Source: Patescibacteria group bacterium (GTDB lineage Bacteria; Patescibacteriota; Minisyncoccia; Phycocordibacterales; JBBTRF01). Taken from it: a DNA stretch of 64,000 nucleotides. The position numbers and the translations under genes are program-made. The stretch lies in NCBI GenBank assembly GCA_038065315.1, contig JBBTRF010000001.1:300776-364775 (forward strand), written 5' to 3'. The stretch's first letter is position 1, and every line of letters starts with the position of its first letter. Shown in pieces: positions 1 to 9,450 of the stretch. Under the pieces are notes generated by a model. It did no database searches. It saw only the letters and a program-made list of their open reading frames with translations, and was not told the DNA's origin.

Positions 1-1903
1 CCTTTTCGTCGTCGAACATAAACTCCGCGAGCGCCTTGGTGAGCTCGGTCTTCCCCACCCCGGTCGGGCCGAGGAAGATAAATGAGCCGATCGGACGGTT
101 TGGATCAGCGATACCAACACGCGAACGCTTAATGGTGTCCGAAATTTTCTTCACCGCCTCATTCTGGCCAATGATGCGCTTGTGCAAAAACTCCTCCATA
201 CGCGCGAGCTTCTTCATCTCTTCTTCAAGCATGCGATTCACCGGAATGCCTGTCCAACGCGAGACAATATCGGCAATGTCCGACTCGGTAATCTCCTCTT
301 TCAGGATACGTCGGCCAATCTGCAACTTCTTCAGACGCTTGTTCTTGCTATCGAGCTCTTTCTCAACAGCGGGGATCTTGCCATAGCGAATCTCTGCAGC
401 CTTGGCGAGGTCGGCCCGCGCCTCTGCCTGTTCTGCCTCGAGACGCAACGCTTCGAGCTCGTGCTTCGCGGTCTTAATACCAGTGATGATCTCTTTTTCG
501 TTCTTCCATTTCAATTCCAATTCCGAGGTGGTCTCGCGCAGATCGGCGATCTCTTTGTCGATCTTCTTCACGCGAGCCTTGGCGGTTTTTTTGGTCTTCG
601 CCTCATTTTTCAAAGCCTCATGTTCGATTTGCAGGCGCATAATTTTTCGACGCGTCTCTTCGAGGACCGGTGGCATGTTTTCGAGAGAAATTTTCAGCTG
701 CGAAGCGGCTTCATCGATGAGGTCGACTGCCTTGTCCGGCAAGAATCGATCCGTGATATAGCGGGTACTCAGATTGACCGAAGCGAGAATCGCTTCGTCG
801 CTGATTTTGACGCCGTGGAAGATCTCGTATTTTTCTTTCAGGCCGCGCAGGATGGCCACGGCGTCCTCCGTGCTCGGCTCGCTCACGAACACCGGCTGAA
901 AGCGGCGTGTGAGGGCCGGATCCTTCTCAATATGCTTCTGGAACTCGCGGAGCGTGGTGGCGCCGATCGCGCGAAGCTCGCCGCGAGCGAGCGCGGGCTT
1001 CAGCATGTTCGAAGCATCCATCGAACCTTCCGCAGCACCCGCACCGACGATCGTGTGGATCTCGTCGATGAAAAGAATGATCTTCCCTGCCGACTTCTCC
1101 ACTTCCTTCATGATATTTTTCAAACGCTCTTCAAACTCGCCGCGATACTTCGTACCGGCGATGAGCAAGCCGAGATCAAGCGATACCAATTCTTTGTCCT
1201 TGAGCGACTCTGGCACGTCGCCGCTCGCCATACGCAAAGCCAAGCCTTCGGCGATTGCGGTCTTGCCCACGCCCGCCTCGCCGATCAGAATGGGATTATT
1301 CTTCGTGCGTCGAGACAAAATCTGGATGAGTCGAGAGGTCTCAGTATCGCGACCGATCACTGGGTCGAGCTTGTTCTCTGCTGCGAGCTTGGTGAGGCTA
1401 CGAGTATATTTTGGAATGAATTTAAATTTTTTCGAGCCGTGCGAATCACTGGGCTTCGTCGCTTTCAATTCCTCGAGCACCTTCAATACGGCCGCACGCT
1501 CAATACGGAACTTCGCAATGATCTCCTTCACCGTCCCCTGCACTTCGAGCAACGCAATGAACAAGTGTTCAGTGGAAACAAAATCATCCTTCAACCCCGC
1601 AGCCACCTTACTCGATGCCTCTATCGCTTGAGCCAATTCTGGAGTGAGGTACAGCTGATACGACGGCGCAAGCACCGGAGTGCCCTCCGGAGATTCGATC
1701 GCATCCAAAAGAGAGTCGGTGAGGAGCACCGTATCCACCTCGAGCTTGTCCAAAATCGAAATCACCATACTTTCCTCCTGCAACACAAGAGAAATGAGGA
1801 GGTGTATCGGGTTTACGTGGTTCTGCCCGCGCTCAATAGCGAGCTCGTGGGCTCGACGGATGGCTTCCTTGGCTTTGGTGGTGAAGTGGTTGAGTGGAGG
1901 CAT
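1..1903 (-). CDS. clpB: ATP-dependent chaperone ClpB (partial; C-terminus lies upstream of window start)
   Basis: The reverse-strand translation from the ATG at 1903 gives [26 protein letters not shown]. It has two AAA+ modules ([15 protein letters not shown] and [24 protein letters not shown]) and a long coiled-coil middle domain. It is not in the ORF track because it runs off the window edge. Confidence 0.9.
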   Translation of the reverse strand, partial: MPPLNHFTTKAKEAIRRAHELAIERGQNHVNPIHLLISLVLQEESMVISILDKLEVDTVLLTDSLLDAIESPEGTPVLAPSYQLYLTPELAQAIEASSKVAAGLKDDFVSTEHLFIALLEVQGTVKEIIAKFRIERAAVLKVLEELKATKPSDSHGSKKFKFIPKYTRSLTKLAAENKLDPVIGRDTETSRLIQILSRRTKNNPILIGEAGVGKTAIAEGLALRMASGDVPESLKDKELVSLDLGLLIAGTKYRGEFEERLKNIMKEVEKSAGKIILFIDEIHTIVGAGAAEGSMDASNMLKPALARGELRAIGATTLREFQKHIEKDPALTRRFQPVFVSEPSTEDAVAILRGLKEKYEIFHGVKISDEAILASVNLSTRYITDRFLPDKAVDLIDEAASQLKISLENMPPVLEETRRKIMRLQIEHEALKNEAKTKKTAKARVKKIDKEIADLRETTSELELKWKNEKEIITGIKTAKHELEALRLEAEQAEARADLAKAAEIRYGKIPAVEKELDSKNKRLKKLQIGRRILKEEITESDIADIVSRWTGIPVNRMLEEEMKKLARMEEFLHKRIIGQNEAVKKISDTIKRSRVGIADPNRPIGSFIFLGPTGVGKTELTKALAEFMFDDEK

Positions 1904-1935
1904 ATACGTAACTATATTCGCCTTCCGGCAGCAAG

Positions 1936-2721
1936 TCAAAGCCCTCTCAGCATCGCCGCCAAACTATTGATTGGCAGAAAATCTGCCGGATTGACGCCGT
2001 CTCGACGAGTCTTAATACCTACGACATCGCCATTGAGAGCAATCAAGGGTTCGGCACTATAGTTGAGCAGTGAATCGGTCTCAATGTTCGAAGGAGTGCC
2101 GTCGGAATTGGTGATGAGGCCGGTGACAGTGCTGCGAGAGATAACGTTGCGGTCTGCTCCAGCGAGCACGATCACATCTTGTCCGATCTTCACCGTATTT
2201 GAATCGCCCATTTTTATCGGCTTCAAGTGATAGTCGAGCTTCGGATCGAGACGCGCCTTGAACACGGCGACCTTAATAGCGTCATTTCGTGCCACGAGGT
2301 CGAGGTCGAGAATTTTTCCATCAGACATCACTGCCAAATACGAGCCGCCTTCCACGACAATGCTCTTGTCCGCGACGATCCAATCTTTTGATACAACAAG
2401 ACCGAGGCCAGCGAAAGTCGGCGGATCAGCATTGACCGTACCCTTGATACGGACGAGGCTCTTGGCATTCTTTTCCACCGCAGAGACTACAAGATCCTCG
2501 GCATTGGCATGACTGCCGTCTTGGGAAATGATCACTGTTGCTGGAGTGCCGCCAGGGACGACTTTTTCCACGGTGCGTTCGATGACGCGGTTGATGGTCT
2601 GGGTGACTCCCTGCGGTGCTTGCTCGACGAGCGCGACTGTCACAATGCCGGTGGCTACGGAAGTAATAAAACTGACCAATAGCGTCACGAGGACGATCTG
2701 ATGTTTCGTGAGCTCTTCCAT
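1936..2721 (-). CDS. trypsin-like (HtrA/S1C-like) serine protease, membrane-anchored, no PDZ domain
   Basis: Starts at the internal Met MEELTKHQIVLVTLLVSF (TM anchor). The protease domain is HtrA-like (DAIKVAVFKA, TNSDGTPS, VVGIKT). The upstream part of the track ORF overlaps the next gene, so the start is set at 2721, where a TACAAT box lies 9 nt upstream. Confidence 0.5.
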   Translation of the reverse strand: MEELTKHQIVLVTLLVSFITSVATGIVTVALVEQAPQGVTQTINRVIERTVEKVVPGGTPATVIISQDGSHANAEDLVVSAVEKNAKSLVRIKGTVNADPPTFAGLGLVVSKDWIVADKSIVVEGGSYLAVMSDGKILDLDLVARNDAIKVAVFKARLDPKLDYHLKPIKMGDSNTVKIGQDVIVLAGADRNVISRSTVTGLITNSDGTPSNIETDSLLNYSAEPLIALNGDVVGIKTRRDGVNPADFLPINSLAAMLRGL

Positions 2722-2734
2722 GCCGAGTATTGTA

Positions 2735-4084
2735 TCAAATGGAACGCAGCGACTCAACAAGGGCAATGATTGCGCGGTCGATGTCACGCTTGGTCGTCCA
2801 GCGGCCAAAGGAGAAGCGGAGGGCGTGCGGGGTGCGAGGCACGGAAGCGGCCGACAGGATGCCGGCGGCAATGGCGGCGGCTTGCGCGCGGCGGAGCGCG
2901 CGGATCACGTAGGATTCGTCCTCGTCGCGAAGGCAAGCGCTCTTGGTGGAGCACGCGACGCCGCGCGCATCCAATTTCAACAGTAAAAATTCGTGATCAA
3001 TTGGCGGCGCACCAACATCGGTCGGTTGAAACGAAACACTCACAATGTGCGGAGACTGGTGCTGGGAATCAATATCAGATGAGCCGTTCAAAAACAGTTG
3101 AACATGCGGAGTTTTTTTGGCGAGCTTTTCCTGCGCGTGCAGGATGAAATAATTTCGCAACTCCGTGAGTCGCGCCACCTCGCGCTCTCGCAAGCCTTCG
3201 GCAAGCTCGAGCGCCTTCGCCATTCCCACTGCTCCAGGCACATTCTCTGTCCCCGATCGCACACCGCGCTCTTGTCCGCCGCCGTACATGATCGGCATGA
3301 GTTCGATGCCACGCCGCACCCACAGCACCCCAACGCTTCGCGGGCCACACACCTTGTGACTATCGAGAGTAATCAAATCTGCACCGAGTTGCGTGGTCGA
3401 GAGCTTTGCGTAGAGCGGCGACTGACTCGCATCACAATGGAACAGCGGAAACAAGACCTGAGAGAGAGCGTTAGTATCTCTCGCGATCATTCCAGCAAGC
3501 ACATTTTCTTTTCGAGCCTTGCGCACCGCTTTCGCCACTTCGTCGATCGGTTGAACGGTGCCGATCTCGTTGTTTACCGACATCACCGAGACCAAAAATG
3601 TATTGGGGCGAAGTTTTTTGCGCAGCTCAGCAACATCAACGCTGCCGGTTGCATCAATTGAAAGATGTTCAACTGTCACGCCAACCTCGCTAAGGTGTCG
3701 CATCGATTCAAGCACAGAAGTGTGCTCGATTTCTGAGACGAGGCAGTGCAGATCGCTCGGCTTCAAGCCGTACCCACCGAGGGTCTTTGGCATGACGAGT
3801 TTTTTGAATAGACCAAAGATGGCAAGATTGTTCGCTTCGGTGCCAGTGGCCACAAACAAGATTTCGTCGGCGTGAGCATTCAGCGTGCGCGCCACCCTAG
3901 CCCGTGCTTCGGAGAGCGCACGTCGAGCGTGCACGCCATCCGCATGAATCGCCGATGGGTTGGCAAAATGCCGTTGCACGGTCTGCGCAATCTCTCGAGA
4001 CACACGAATATCCGGCGGCGTCAGTGCAGCGTAATCCAAATATATTCGTGATTTTTGGGCCAATCTATTGAGGAAATCCAACAT
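2735..4084 (-). CDS. cysteine desulfurase (class V aminotransferase, IscS/NifS-like)
   Basis: Carries the PLP-lysine region LDSHKVCGPRSVGVLWVRRG, GTENVPGAVGMAKALELA, and a C-terminal active-site Cys region. The start is taken at MLDFLN (4084), which has a GATACCAT -10-like box 8 nt upstream. Confidence 0.85.
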   Translation of the reverse strand: MLDFLNRLAQKSRIYLDYAALTPPDIRVSREIAQTVQRHFANPSAIHADGVHARRALSEARARVARTLNAHADEILFVATGTEANNLAIFGLFKKLVMPKTLGGYGLKPSDLHCLVSEIEHTSVLESMRHLSEVGVTVEHLSIDATGSVDVAELRKKLRPNTFLVSVMSVNNEIGTVQPIDEVAKAVRKARKENVLAGMIARDTNALSQVLFPLFHCDASQSPLYAKLSTTQLGADLITLDSHKVCGPRSVGVLWVRRGIELMPIMYGGGQERGVRSGTENVPGAVGMAKALELAEGLREREVARLTELRNYFILHAQEKLAKKTPHVQLFLNGSSDIDSQHQSPHIVSVSFQPTDVGAPPIDHEFLLLKLDARGVACSTKSACLRDEDESYVIRALRRAQAAAIAAGILSAASVPRTPHALRFSFGRWTTKRDIDRAIIALVESLRSI

Positions 4085-4148
4085 ACCAAGATGGTATCCC
4101 ACAACAGCGCTTTTTGCAAAAAGTCAACAAAAGAGGTATAGTATCGAG

Positions 4149-4637
4149 ATGACTTTTGATGTTAGTTCAATTCCTTTGAACCTGCTTTTGTACGCAGTTT
4201 CTGGCATTGTCCTGATACTCATCGTGCTCATTGTCCATCTGGAAGTCCGCGTCCACCGGTTGCTCGTCGGCAAGAATGCCAAGAGTCTGGAGGACACGGT
4301 ACTCCATATCAAAAAAGGGCTTGCAGAAAGCGAAGATTTTCAGCGAGAGATGGAGAAATACCTCACACTCGTAGAACGACGCTTGTCGAGAAGCACCCGC
4401 GCCGTTGAGACCGTGCGTTTCAACGCCTTCAAAGGCATCGGCGCGGGTGGCAACATGAGCTTCGCCACAGCCTACGTCAACGAAAAAGGCGACGGAGTTG
4501 TGATCTCCACCCTCAATGCCCGCGAGCGACTCGGCATCTTCGCGAAGCCCCTCAAGAATTTTATCTCAGAATTCGAACTCTCTCCGGAAGAAGAGGAGGC
4601 GATCTCAAAAGCGAAGCACGCGCTGACGATCCAATAA
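4149..4637 (+). CDS. DUF4446-like membrane protein
   Basis: N-terminal TM helix, then a conserved core (FNAFKGIGAGGNMSFATAYVNEKGDGVVISTLNARE). GGTATAGTAT lies just upstream of the ATG at 4149. The family assignment is from memory. Confidence 0.45.
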   Translation: MTFDVSSIPLNLLLYAVSGIVLILIVLIVHLEVRVHRLLVGKNAKSLEDTVLHIKKGLAESEDFQREMEKYLTLVERRLSRSTRAVETVRFNAFKGIGAGGNMSFATAYVNEKGDGVVISTLNARERLGIFAKPLKNFISEFELSPEEEEAISKAKHALTIQ

Positions 4638-4683
4638 TCCCACATCGGCCCGCCGATACCCTCACCTCCCCACTTTCATCACC

Positions 4684-6231
4684 ATGTCCAAAAAAACTCC
4701 TGCGATTTCAACGACGATCATTGAGCGACCACCGGTCGTCGCTGTCATGGGGCACATTGACCACGGTAAGTCCACCTTGCTTGACCATATTCGCAAAACC
4801 AACACCTGCGCCAAGGAAGCCGGCGGCATCACCCAACACATCGCGGCATACGAAGTTTGTCATACGCGCGGTACCAAGAAAAACCTCATCACCTTTCTCG
4901 ACACTCCGGGCCACGCCGCTTTCAAAGGCATTCGTGTCCGCGGCGCCAATGTTGCTGACATCGCCATTCTCATCGTCTCGGCCGAAGAAGGCGTGAAGCC
5001 ACAGACCGTCGAAGCACTTAATTGTATTAAGGAAGCCGGTATCCCCTACATCGTCGGCATCAACAAAATGGATTCGCCAAAGGCCAATCTCGAACGCACC
5101 AAGCAGAGCCTCGCGGAACACGAAATCTACATCGAAGGCTACGGCGGCCAGATCTCTTGGGCTGGCATCTCCGGCAAAACCGGCGAAGGTGTTCCCGAAC
5201 TCCTTGACCTCGTCCTCCTCACCGCTGAATTGGCCGAACTCAAAGGTGACCTCTCGAAAAAAGCAGAAGGTATCGTCATCGAAAGCAAGCTCGATCCGCG
5301 CAAGGGCATTTCTGGTACGCTCATCATCAAAGACGGCACCTTGAAAAAAGGAACGTTCGTCGTCTGCGACACCAGCATCACTCCAGTACGGGCGATCGAA
5401 GATTTCACGGGCGCACGCATCGAAGAGGCGCGCTTCTCTAGCCCAGTAAAGCTTCTTGGATTCGACTCCACCCCCACCATCGGCGAGATTTTCCGTGTCT
5501 TCGACAACAAACGCGACGCTGAAGCGGCGGTAGCGGAAGCAGTGACGAAGAAAAGCGCGGCAAAGATCGGAAAAAGTGGTGCGAAAAATGGAGCCGGTGC
5601 AACTGTCGCAGTCGATGCAAGCGAAAGTGTCACCATCACCCTCATCATCAAAGCCGATGTTTCCGGTACCATGGAAGCGATCCAGCATGAAATCGCCAAG
5701 ATCAAAAATGACAAAGTGCAGATCAAGCTCGTGCAGTCTGGTGTCGGCACGATCACCGAAGCGGATGTGAAGATGGCTGTAGTACAACCCGGCACGAAAA
5801 TCCTCGGCTTCAATGTTGCCGTCGATACACAAGCCAAGATGATGGGCGAGCGGTTAAACGTCGAGATGCATTCGTTCGACATCATCTACAAGCTCATTGA
5901 ATGGATCGAGGAGACCGTGACAAAAAATGTGCCGAAGATCACCGCCGAAGAAGTCTCCGGCACAGCGAAGATCCTTAAAATATTTAGCAAGACCAAAGAC
6001 AAGCAAGTGGTGGGCGGTCGTGTGCTCGGTGGTATCGTAAACATTGGTGCGGATGTACGCATCATGCGTCGTGACTCTGAAATCGGCAAAGGCAAGATCC
6101 GCGAGCTCCAGCAGAAGAAAGAGAAGGTCAGCGAGGTCAACAAAGACAGCGAATTTGGCACCATGATCGAATCGAAGATCGAGATCGCGCCTGGCGACCA
6201 GATCGAGTGTTATTCATTAGTTACTAAGTAA
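4684..6231 (+). CDS. infB: translation initiation factor IF-2 (short form)
   Basis: G-domain motifs are present: [24 protein letters not shown]. rbfA follows immediately, as is typical. Confidence 0.9.
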   Translation: MSKKTPAISTTIIERPPVVAVMGHIDHGKSTLLDHIRKTNTCAKEAGGITQHIAAYEVCHTRGTKKNLITFLDTPGHAAFKGIRVRGANVADIAILIVSAEEGVKPQTVEALNCIKEAGIPYIVGINKMDSPKANLERTKQSLAEHEIYIEGYGGQISWAGISGKTGEGVPELLDLVLLTAELAELKGDLSKKAEGIVIESKLDPRKGISGTLIIKDGTLKKGTFVVCDTSITPVRAIEDFTGARIEEARFSSPVKLLGFDSTPTIGEIFRVFDNKRDAEAAVAEAVTKKSAAKIGKSGAKNGAGATVAVDASESVTITLIIKADVSGTMEAIQHEIAKIKNDKVQIKLVQSGVGTITEADVKMAVVQPGTKILGFNVAVDTQAKMMGERLNVEMHSFDIIYKLIEWIEETVTKNVPKITAEEVSGTAKILKIFSKTKDKQVVGGRVLGGIVNIGADVRIMRRDSEIGKGKIRELQQKKEKVSEVNKDSEFGTMIESKIEIAPGDQIECYSLVTK

Positions 6232-6256
6232 TCGAGCGGCCGTCGCTCCCCCACCC

Positions 6257-6574
6257 ATGCACCGCAAAGACGAAAAAGCCCGCGAGATTGTCCGAGCCTT
6301 GGCAGGCGACTTTTTGCAACGTGAGTCGAACGGCTCTTCGATGGTCACTGTCACCGACGTCGAAATGGGCGACCAGGGTCGACGTGCCACCGTGTATTTC
6401 ACCGTGTTGCCTGTCGACAAGGAGCACGCCGTGGTGGAATTCCTCGTCCGCAAGCGCGGCGATTTCCAAAACTACGTCCGCGAGAAGTCCCGCATCGGCC
6501 GTGTTCCCCTCTTCGACTTCGCCGTGGACAAAGGTGAGAAGCACCGCCAGCGCATTGATGAGTTGATGCGGTAG
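6257..6574 (+). CDS. rbfA: ribosome-binding factor A
   Basis: 105 aa. The sequence is RbfA-like (VTVTDVEMGDQGRRATVYFTVL...) and it sits directly downstream of infB. Confidence 0.8.
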   Translation: MHRKDEKAREIVRALAGDFLQRESNGSSMVTVTDVEMGDQGRRATVYFTVLPVDKEHAVVEFLVRKRGDFQNYVREKSRIGRVPLFDFAVDKGEKHRQRIDELMR

Positions 6575-6591
6575 TGCTAGACTGTTCGCAT

Positions 6592-6664
6592 GGCGTAGTG
6601 GCGAAGTTGGTCAACGCGGCAGTCTGCAAAACTGCTATGCGCCGGTTCGATCCCGGCCTACGCC
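6592..6664 (+). tRNA. tRNA-Cys (GCA)
   Basis: The acceptor pairs perfectly (GGCGTAG/CTACGCC). The anticodon loop CTGCAAA gives GCA. T-loop is TTCGATC. No encoded CCA. A TGCTAGACT box lies 8 nt upstream. Confidence 0.8.
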
Positions 6665-6748
6665 TCCTCAAGAAGTAAAACTCGCAGAAGTGTCGAAGTA
6701 TGGTATGGCATTCAACAGTAAAGCCGGTGTCCGCTGACATTTTCCCGT

Positions 6749-6800
6749 ACCCGCGGATTTTGCTTCCTTTTTGCATACTTTTGGAAGCAAAATCCGCGGG
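6749..6800. repeat. perfect 18-bp stem hairpin (CCCGCGGATTTTGCTTCC ... GGAAGCAAAATCCGCGGG) between tRNA-Cys and tRNA-Leu
   Basis: An exact inverted repeat with a ~15-nt loop. There is no trailing T-tract on either strand. Confidence 0.6.
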
Positions 6801-6871
6801 CACTCAAAATCACCGCGACACCCCCACTCGCCTCATCCTCGTATTCAAAAAATATGATACTCTAATAAAAA

Positions 6872-6954
6872 GCCCGGGTGGCGTAATTGGTAGCCGCGCA
6901 CCACTTAAAATGGTGTTCCCAAAAGGAATGTGGGTTCGAGTCCCACCCCAGGCA
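6872..6954 (+). tRNA. tRNA-Leu (TAA), type II with long variable arm
   Basis: Anticodon stem-loop CACCA-CTTAAAA-TGGTG. Variable arm TTCCCAAAAGGAA. T-arm GTGGGTTCGAGTCCCAC. The acceptor has one C-A mismatch. Confidence 0.7.
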
Positions 6955-6955
6955 C

Positions 6956-7372
6956 ATGATAAATGAAATCGAAAAACATCTGAAAAATTTGGACTGTCTC
7001 GTACTACTCACTGACGACCTCAAAAAGGCGGCGGCGTTTTACCAATCGCTCGGTTTCGATTGTATCCGCTCCGATGGCAAAGGCGTGATGCTCAAACTTG
7101 GCGCTTTCGAGATCCATTTTCACGAAAAGGAGGAATATGCTCTTGGCTTTAGAAAAAACTTGCCCACCGACTTGCATCACAGCAAGAAAGGCCTGGGTGT
7201 TTTAATTCAAATCGAGGTAGATAACGCAGAGACCTATCACACGGAATTGCTGGCGAAGGGGCTGAGACCGATTGAATCACCTGAAAAAATGCCTTGGGGC
7301 AACATCGAATTTGGCATTCAGGACCCAGACGGATACACTCTTTGTTTTTATGAGTTGCCGAAAGCACAGTAG
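6956..7372 (+). CDS. VOC/glyoxalase-bleomycin-resistance family protein
   Basis: Starts at MINEIEKH immediately after tRNA-Leu. The length and pattern fit the glyoxalase fold (EIHFHEKEE...IEFGIQDPDGYTLCFYE). Confidence 0.55.
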   Translation: MINEIEKHLKNLDCLVLLTDDLKKAAAFYQSLGFDCIRSDGKGVMLKLGAFEIHFHEKEEYALGFRKNLPTDLHHSKKGLGVLIQIEVDNAETYHTELLAKGLRPIESPEKMPWGNIEFGIQDPDGYTLCFYELPKAQ

Positions 7373-7411
7373 ACAGAGTTGACGCAGGAACAAAAGAGCG
7401 TAGCATTAGAA

Positions 7412-8215
7412 ATGGACCGGCGTGTGCCGAATCCTCTTTTCAAAACAACAACCCTCAACACAAGGAGGTCGACGGTGAACGCAACACTACCAGAAACAAC
7501 AAGGACGTCTGGCCAGGACACGAACCTGACAAGCAGTCGTCATCGCGGTCACAACAACACCAAACACACCGGCGGTATTCGGCAGAACAGCCGTGAACGC
7601 CGGTGGGCACAGCGACACGATTCCCTGCGCGCCACGATCCTCCAGAACTGCGGACTCATGCCGCTCACCGCAAGCGAAGCGGAGCAGCACAGGCTACAGG
7701 TGAAGCAGCAATTCTTCGCCGACCTCGCTGAATGGGTGCGGACGTCGCCGACGTTGGCTCGTCAACTCGCCATGAGCTGGAAGTTTCCGGCGATCATCAT
7801 GAGTCTCGGCTTCCTGCTCGGCTTGGCTTTTGGTAGCATGTTCGCTTGGGTTGGCCTGGCATCTGTGTATGCCTTTGGCGGCTGGTTGAAAGAGGCCATC
7901 AAGGAAGCCTCGGATACCAAGGCTTACCGCCATGAAGCGAGCACAAGAATCGCAGCTTACGCCAAGTGGAAGGTCGGGCAGAGTTGGACATGCAAACCCT
8001 ATGAGATGTTCCTCTTGCTATCAGCACTCAAAGCCCCCGAGAAACTCCAGCAGGCAGTGCTGAAGATCGAAGCTCGGCATCCAGATGCAGAGTTCGAGCT
8101 AGAGACCTTCGACGAAGACCCGATACTGTCGGTTCGGCGCCCGAAGATGACTGGCGGCTACGAACACTACGTGCTCGGCGCTTGGGGCCTGCCGGAGAAG
8201 TTCACGTTCCGCTGA
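7412..8215 (+). CDS. hypothetical protein with central TM segments (GC-rich)
   Basis: The track ORF (7379) starts at TTG. The first ATG is at 7412 (MDRRVPNP). The N-terminus is basic and Ser/Thr-rich. I recognise no domain. Confidence 0.35.
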   Translation: MDRRVPNPLFKTTTLNTRRSTVNATLPETTRTSGQDTNLTSSRHRGHNNTKHTGGIRQNSRERRWAQRHDSLRATILQNCGLMPLTASEAEQHRLQVKQQFFADLAEWVRTSPTLARQLAMSWKFPAIIMSLGFLLGLAFGSMFAWVGLASVYAFGGWLKEAIKEASDTKAYRHEASTRIAAYAKWKVGQSWTCKPYEMFLLLSALKAPEKLQQAVLKIEARHPDAEFELETFDEDPILSVRRPKMTGGYEHYVLGAWGLPEKFTFR

Positions 8216-8382
8216 GCGAGAAGCCAGCAAAGGCTCGGCAAGACTCAGACTCGAAAATCCGAAGCGGTGCGCCCGTCTCGGCCGTGCACAATGCCGGCAA
8301 GCTGGACGTGCCGATCGCTCTTCGCAATCCCTCGCTCGGCCAAGCCTGACCACGACGTCTCGCACTGCATCACTTCGACACC

Positions 8383-8425
8383 CTCACGCGTCGCCCCGTT
8401 TCACGTGGGCGGCGCTTTTTTCTTG
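8383..8425 (+). terminator. rho-independent terminator (CGCCCCG...CGGGCGGCG + T7)
   Basis: A GC stem followed by TTTTTTCTT. Confidence 0.5.
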
Positions 8426-8461
8426 CGAATCCCCCAGAAATCTGTTATATTTTCCCGACAT

Positions 8462-8534
8462 GCACCTATAGCTCAGTTGGTAGAGCATCCGCCTCTTAAG
8501 CGGTAGGTCGTAGGTTCGAATCCTACTGGGTGCA
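8462..8534 (+). tRNA. tRNA-Lys (CTT)
   Basis: Sequence GCACCTATAGCTCAGTTGGTAGAGCATCCGCCTCTTAAGCGG...GGTTCGAATCCTACTGGGTGCA, which folds as a cloverleaf with anticodon CTT. A TGTTATATT box lies 12 nt upstream. Confidence 0.85.
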
Positions 8535-8541
8535 CCTGACG

Positions 8542-8572
8542 AAACAAATCCGGACCATTCCCGGATTTTTTC
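8542..8572 (+). terminator. rho-independent terminator after tRNA-Lys
   Basis: AAATCCGG-accattc-CCGGATTT followed by TTTTTC. Confidence 0.6.
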
Positions 8573-8697
8573 GTACAGGTGCAAGCCGGAGGCATGTTTT
8601 GTCAGCAGGCAAAACAGCCGAGGCGGGGTCGAGGAAATTTCTGAGCGACGGCGAAGAAATTATCCGTGACCACTCAAATATGCTACGATACCCCTAT

Positions 8698-8781
8698 GCG
8701 CGGGTGGTGAAATGGCAGACACGCTTGCCTTAGGAGCAAGTGCCGCAAGGCATGGAGGTTCAAGTCCTCTCCCGCGCACCA
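8698..8781 (+). tRNA. tRNA-Leu (TAG), type II, CCA encoded
   Basis: Sequence GCGCGGGTGGTGAAATGGCAGACACGCTTGCCTTAGGAGCAAG...GGTTCAAGTCCTCTCCCGCGCACCA. The anticodon loop CTTAGGA gives TAG. A TGCTACGAT box lies 8 nt upstream. Confidence 0.8.
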
Positions 8782-8785
8782 TATG

Positions 8786-8817
8786 AAAAATGGCCGACTC
8801 TCTGTCGGCTTTTTTTC
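8786..8817 (+). terminator. rho-independent terminator after tRNA-Leu
   Basis: GGCCGAC-tctct-GTCGGC followed by TTTTTTT. Confidence 0.7.
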
Positions 8818-8821
8818 ATAC

Positions 8822-8945
8822 CAAAGCGGAGAGGACTTGAAAGCCGGAAGAAAAGCTTCGGGGAAGCTTTTCTGAGGCGGGGCCGAGAGGCTTCGAGCAC
8901 AGCGAGAAGAACTCGTGGCCAAGCCTCTCCCGCGCACCACTTGAC
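8822..8945 (+). repeat. tRNA-Leu-derived remnant / tRNA-like element
   Basis: Contains an inverted copy of the tRNA-Leu T-arm (GCGGAGAGGACTTGAA), an 11-bp hairpin (AGAAAAGCTTC-GGGG-GAAGCTTTTCT), a second inverted repeat (GAGAGGCTT...AAGCCTCTC), and a direct copy of the tRNA 3' end (CCTCTCCCGCGCACCA). Confidence 0.5.
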
Positions 8946-9007
8946 GAAGTACCGTATTACTGATATGCTACTTTTTGTTCTCAACCAAAACTGCGGTCTT
9001 TGAAACC

Positions 9008-9385
9008 ATGAAAATCTTCATCGCGGAAGACGAGCTATCGCTCGCCAGAGTCCTCTCTGAATTCCTGCCAAAAGCCATTGAGGGGGCTGATGTGACTCTC
9101 AAGGCTGACGGCATCGAAGCCGTTACCACATTGCAGGTCATCGCCACTGGCGACAAAGCCAATTGGCCAGACGTCATCTTGAGCGACTACCACCTCGGAG
9201 GCCTCAATGGCGACGCGGTCCTCCAAGTCGGGGCAAAGCTCTTCCCTAGCGCTCAGCTCATCCTTATGAGCGGCGCTGCGGATGCGGACAATATCGAGCG
9301 CGCACGAGCAACGATTTCTCGGCCATTTCTCTTCCTAAGCAAGCCCTTCATGCTCAGCGAACTGCTTGCCCTGATCAAGGCCTGA
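9008..9385 (+). CDS. stand-alone response-regulator receiver (REC/CheY-like) domain protein
   Basis: Begins MKIFIAEDE. The phosphoacceptor Asp context is VILSDYHLGGLNGDAV. Also LILMSGAAD and FLSKPF. There is no output domain and no kinase nearby. Confidence 0.7.
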   Translation: MKIFIAEDELSLARVLSEFLPKAIEGADVTLKADGIEAVTTLQVIATGDKANWPDVILSDYHLGGLNGDAVLQVGAKLFPSAQLILMSGAADADNIERARATISRPFLFLSKPFMLSELLALIKA

Positions 9386-9407
9386 GGCGACATTCGCTCC
9401 TCTCACT

Positions 9408-9450
9408 CCCGCCCTTTCCGGCCATCACCGGAAAGGGCGTTTTCTTTTGC
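9408..9450 (+). terminator. rho-independent terminator
   Basis: CGCCCTTTCCGG-ccatca-CCGGAAAGGGCG followed by TTTTCTTTTG. Confidence 0.75.

Noticed and set aside
182-2062. Long + strand ORFs (182-2062, 402-761, 909-1631, 36-386) at the window start
   Set aside because: They are antisense to a clear ClpB coding sequence on the minus strand. They have low-complexity R/L/S-rich translations.
4708-5885. ORFs 4708-5832(-) and 5139-5885(-)
   Set aside because: They are antisense to infB.
6399-6803. ORF 6399-6803(-) and ORFs 8384-8584(-), 8683-8940(-), 8740-9003(+)
   Set aside because: They span the tRNA-Cys, tRNA-Lys, tRNA-Leu and tRNA-remnant sequences, and contain tell-tale tRNA-derived peptides.
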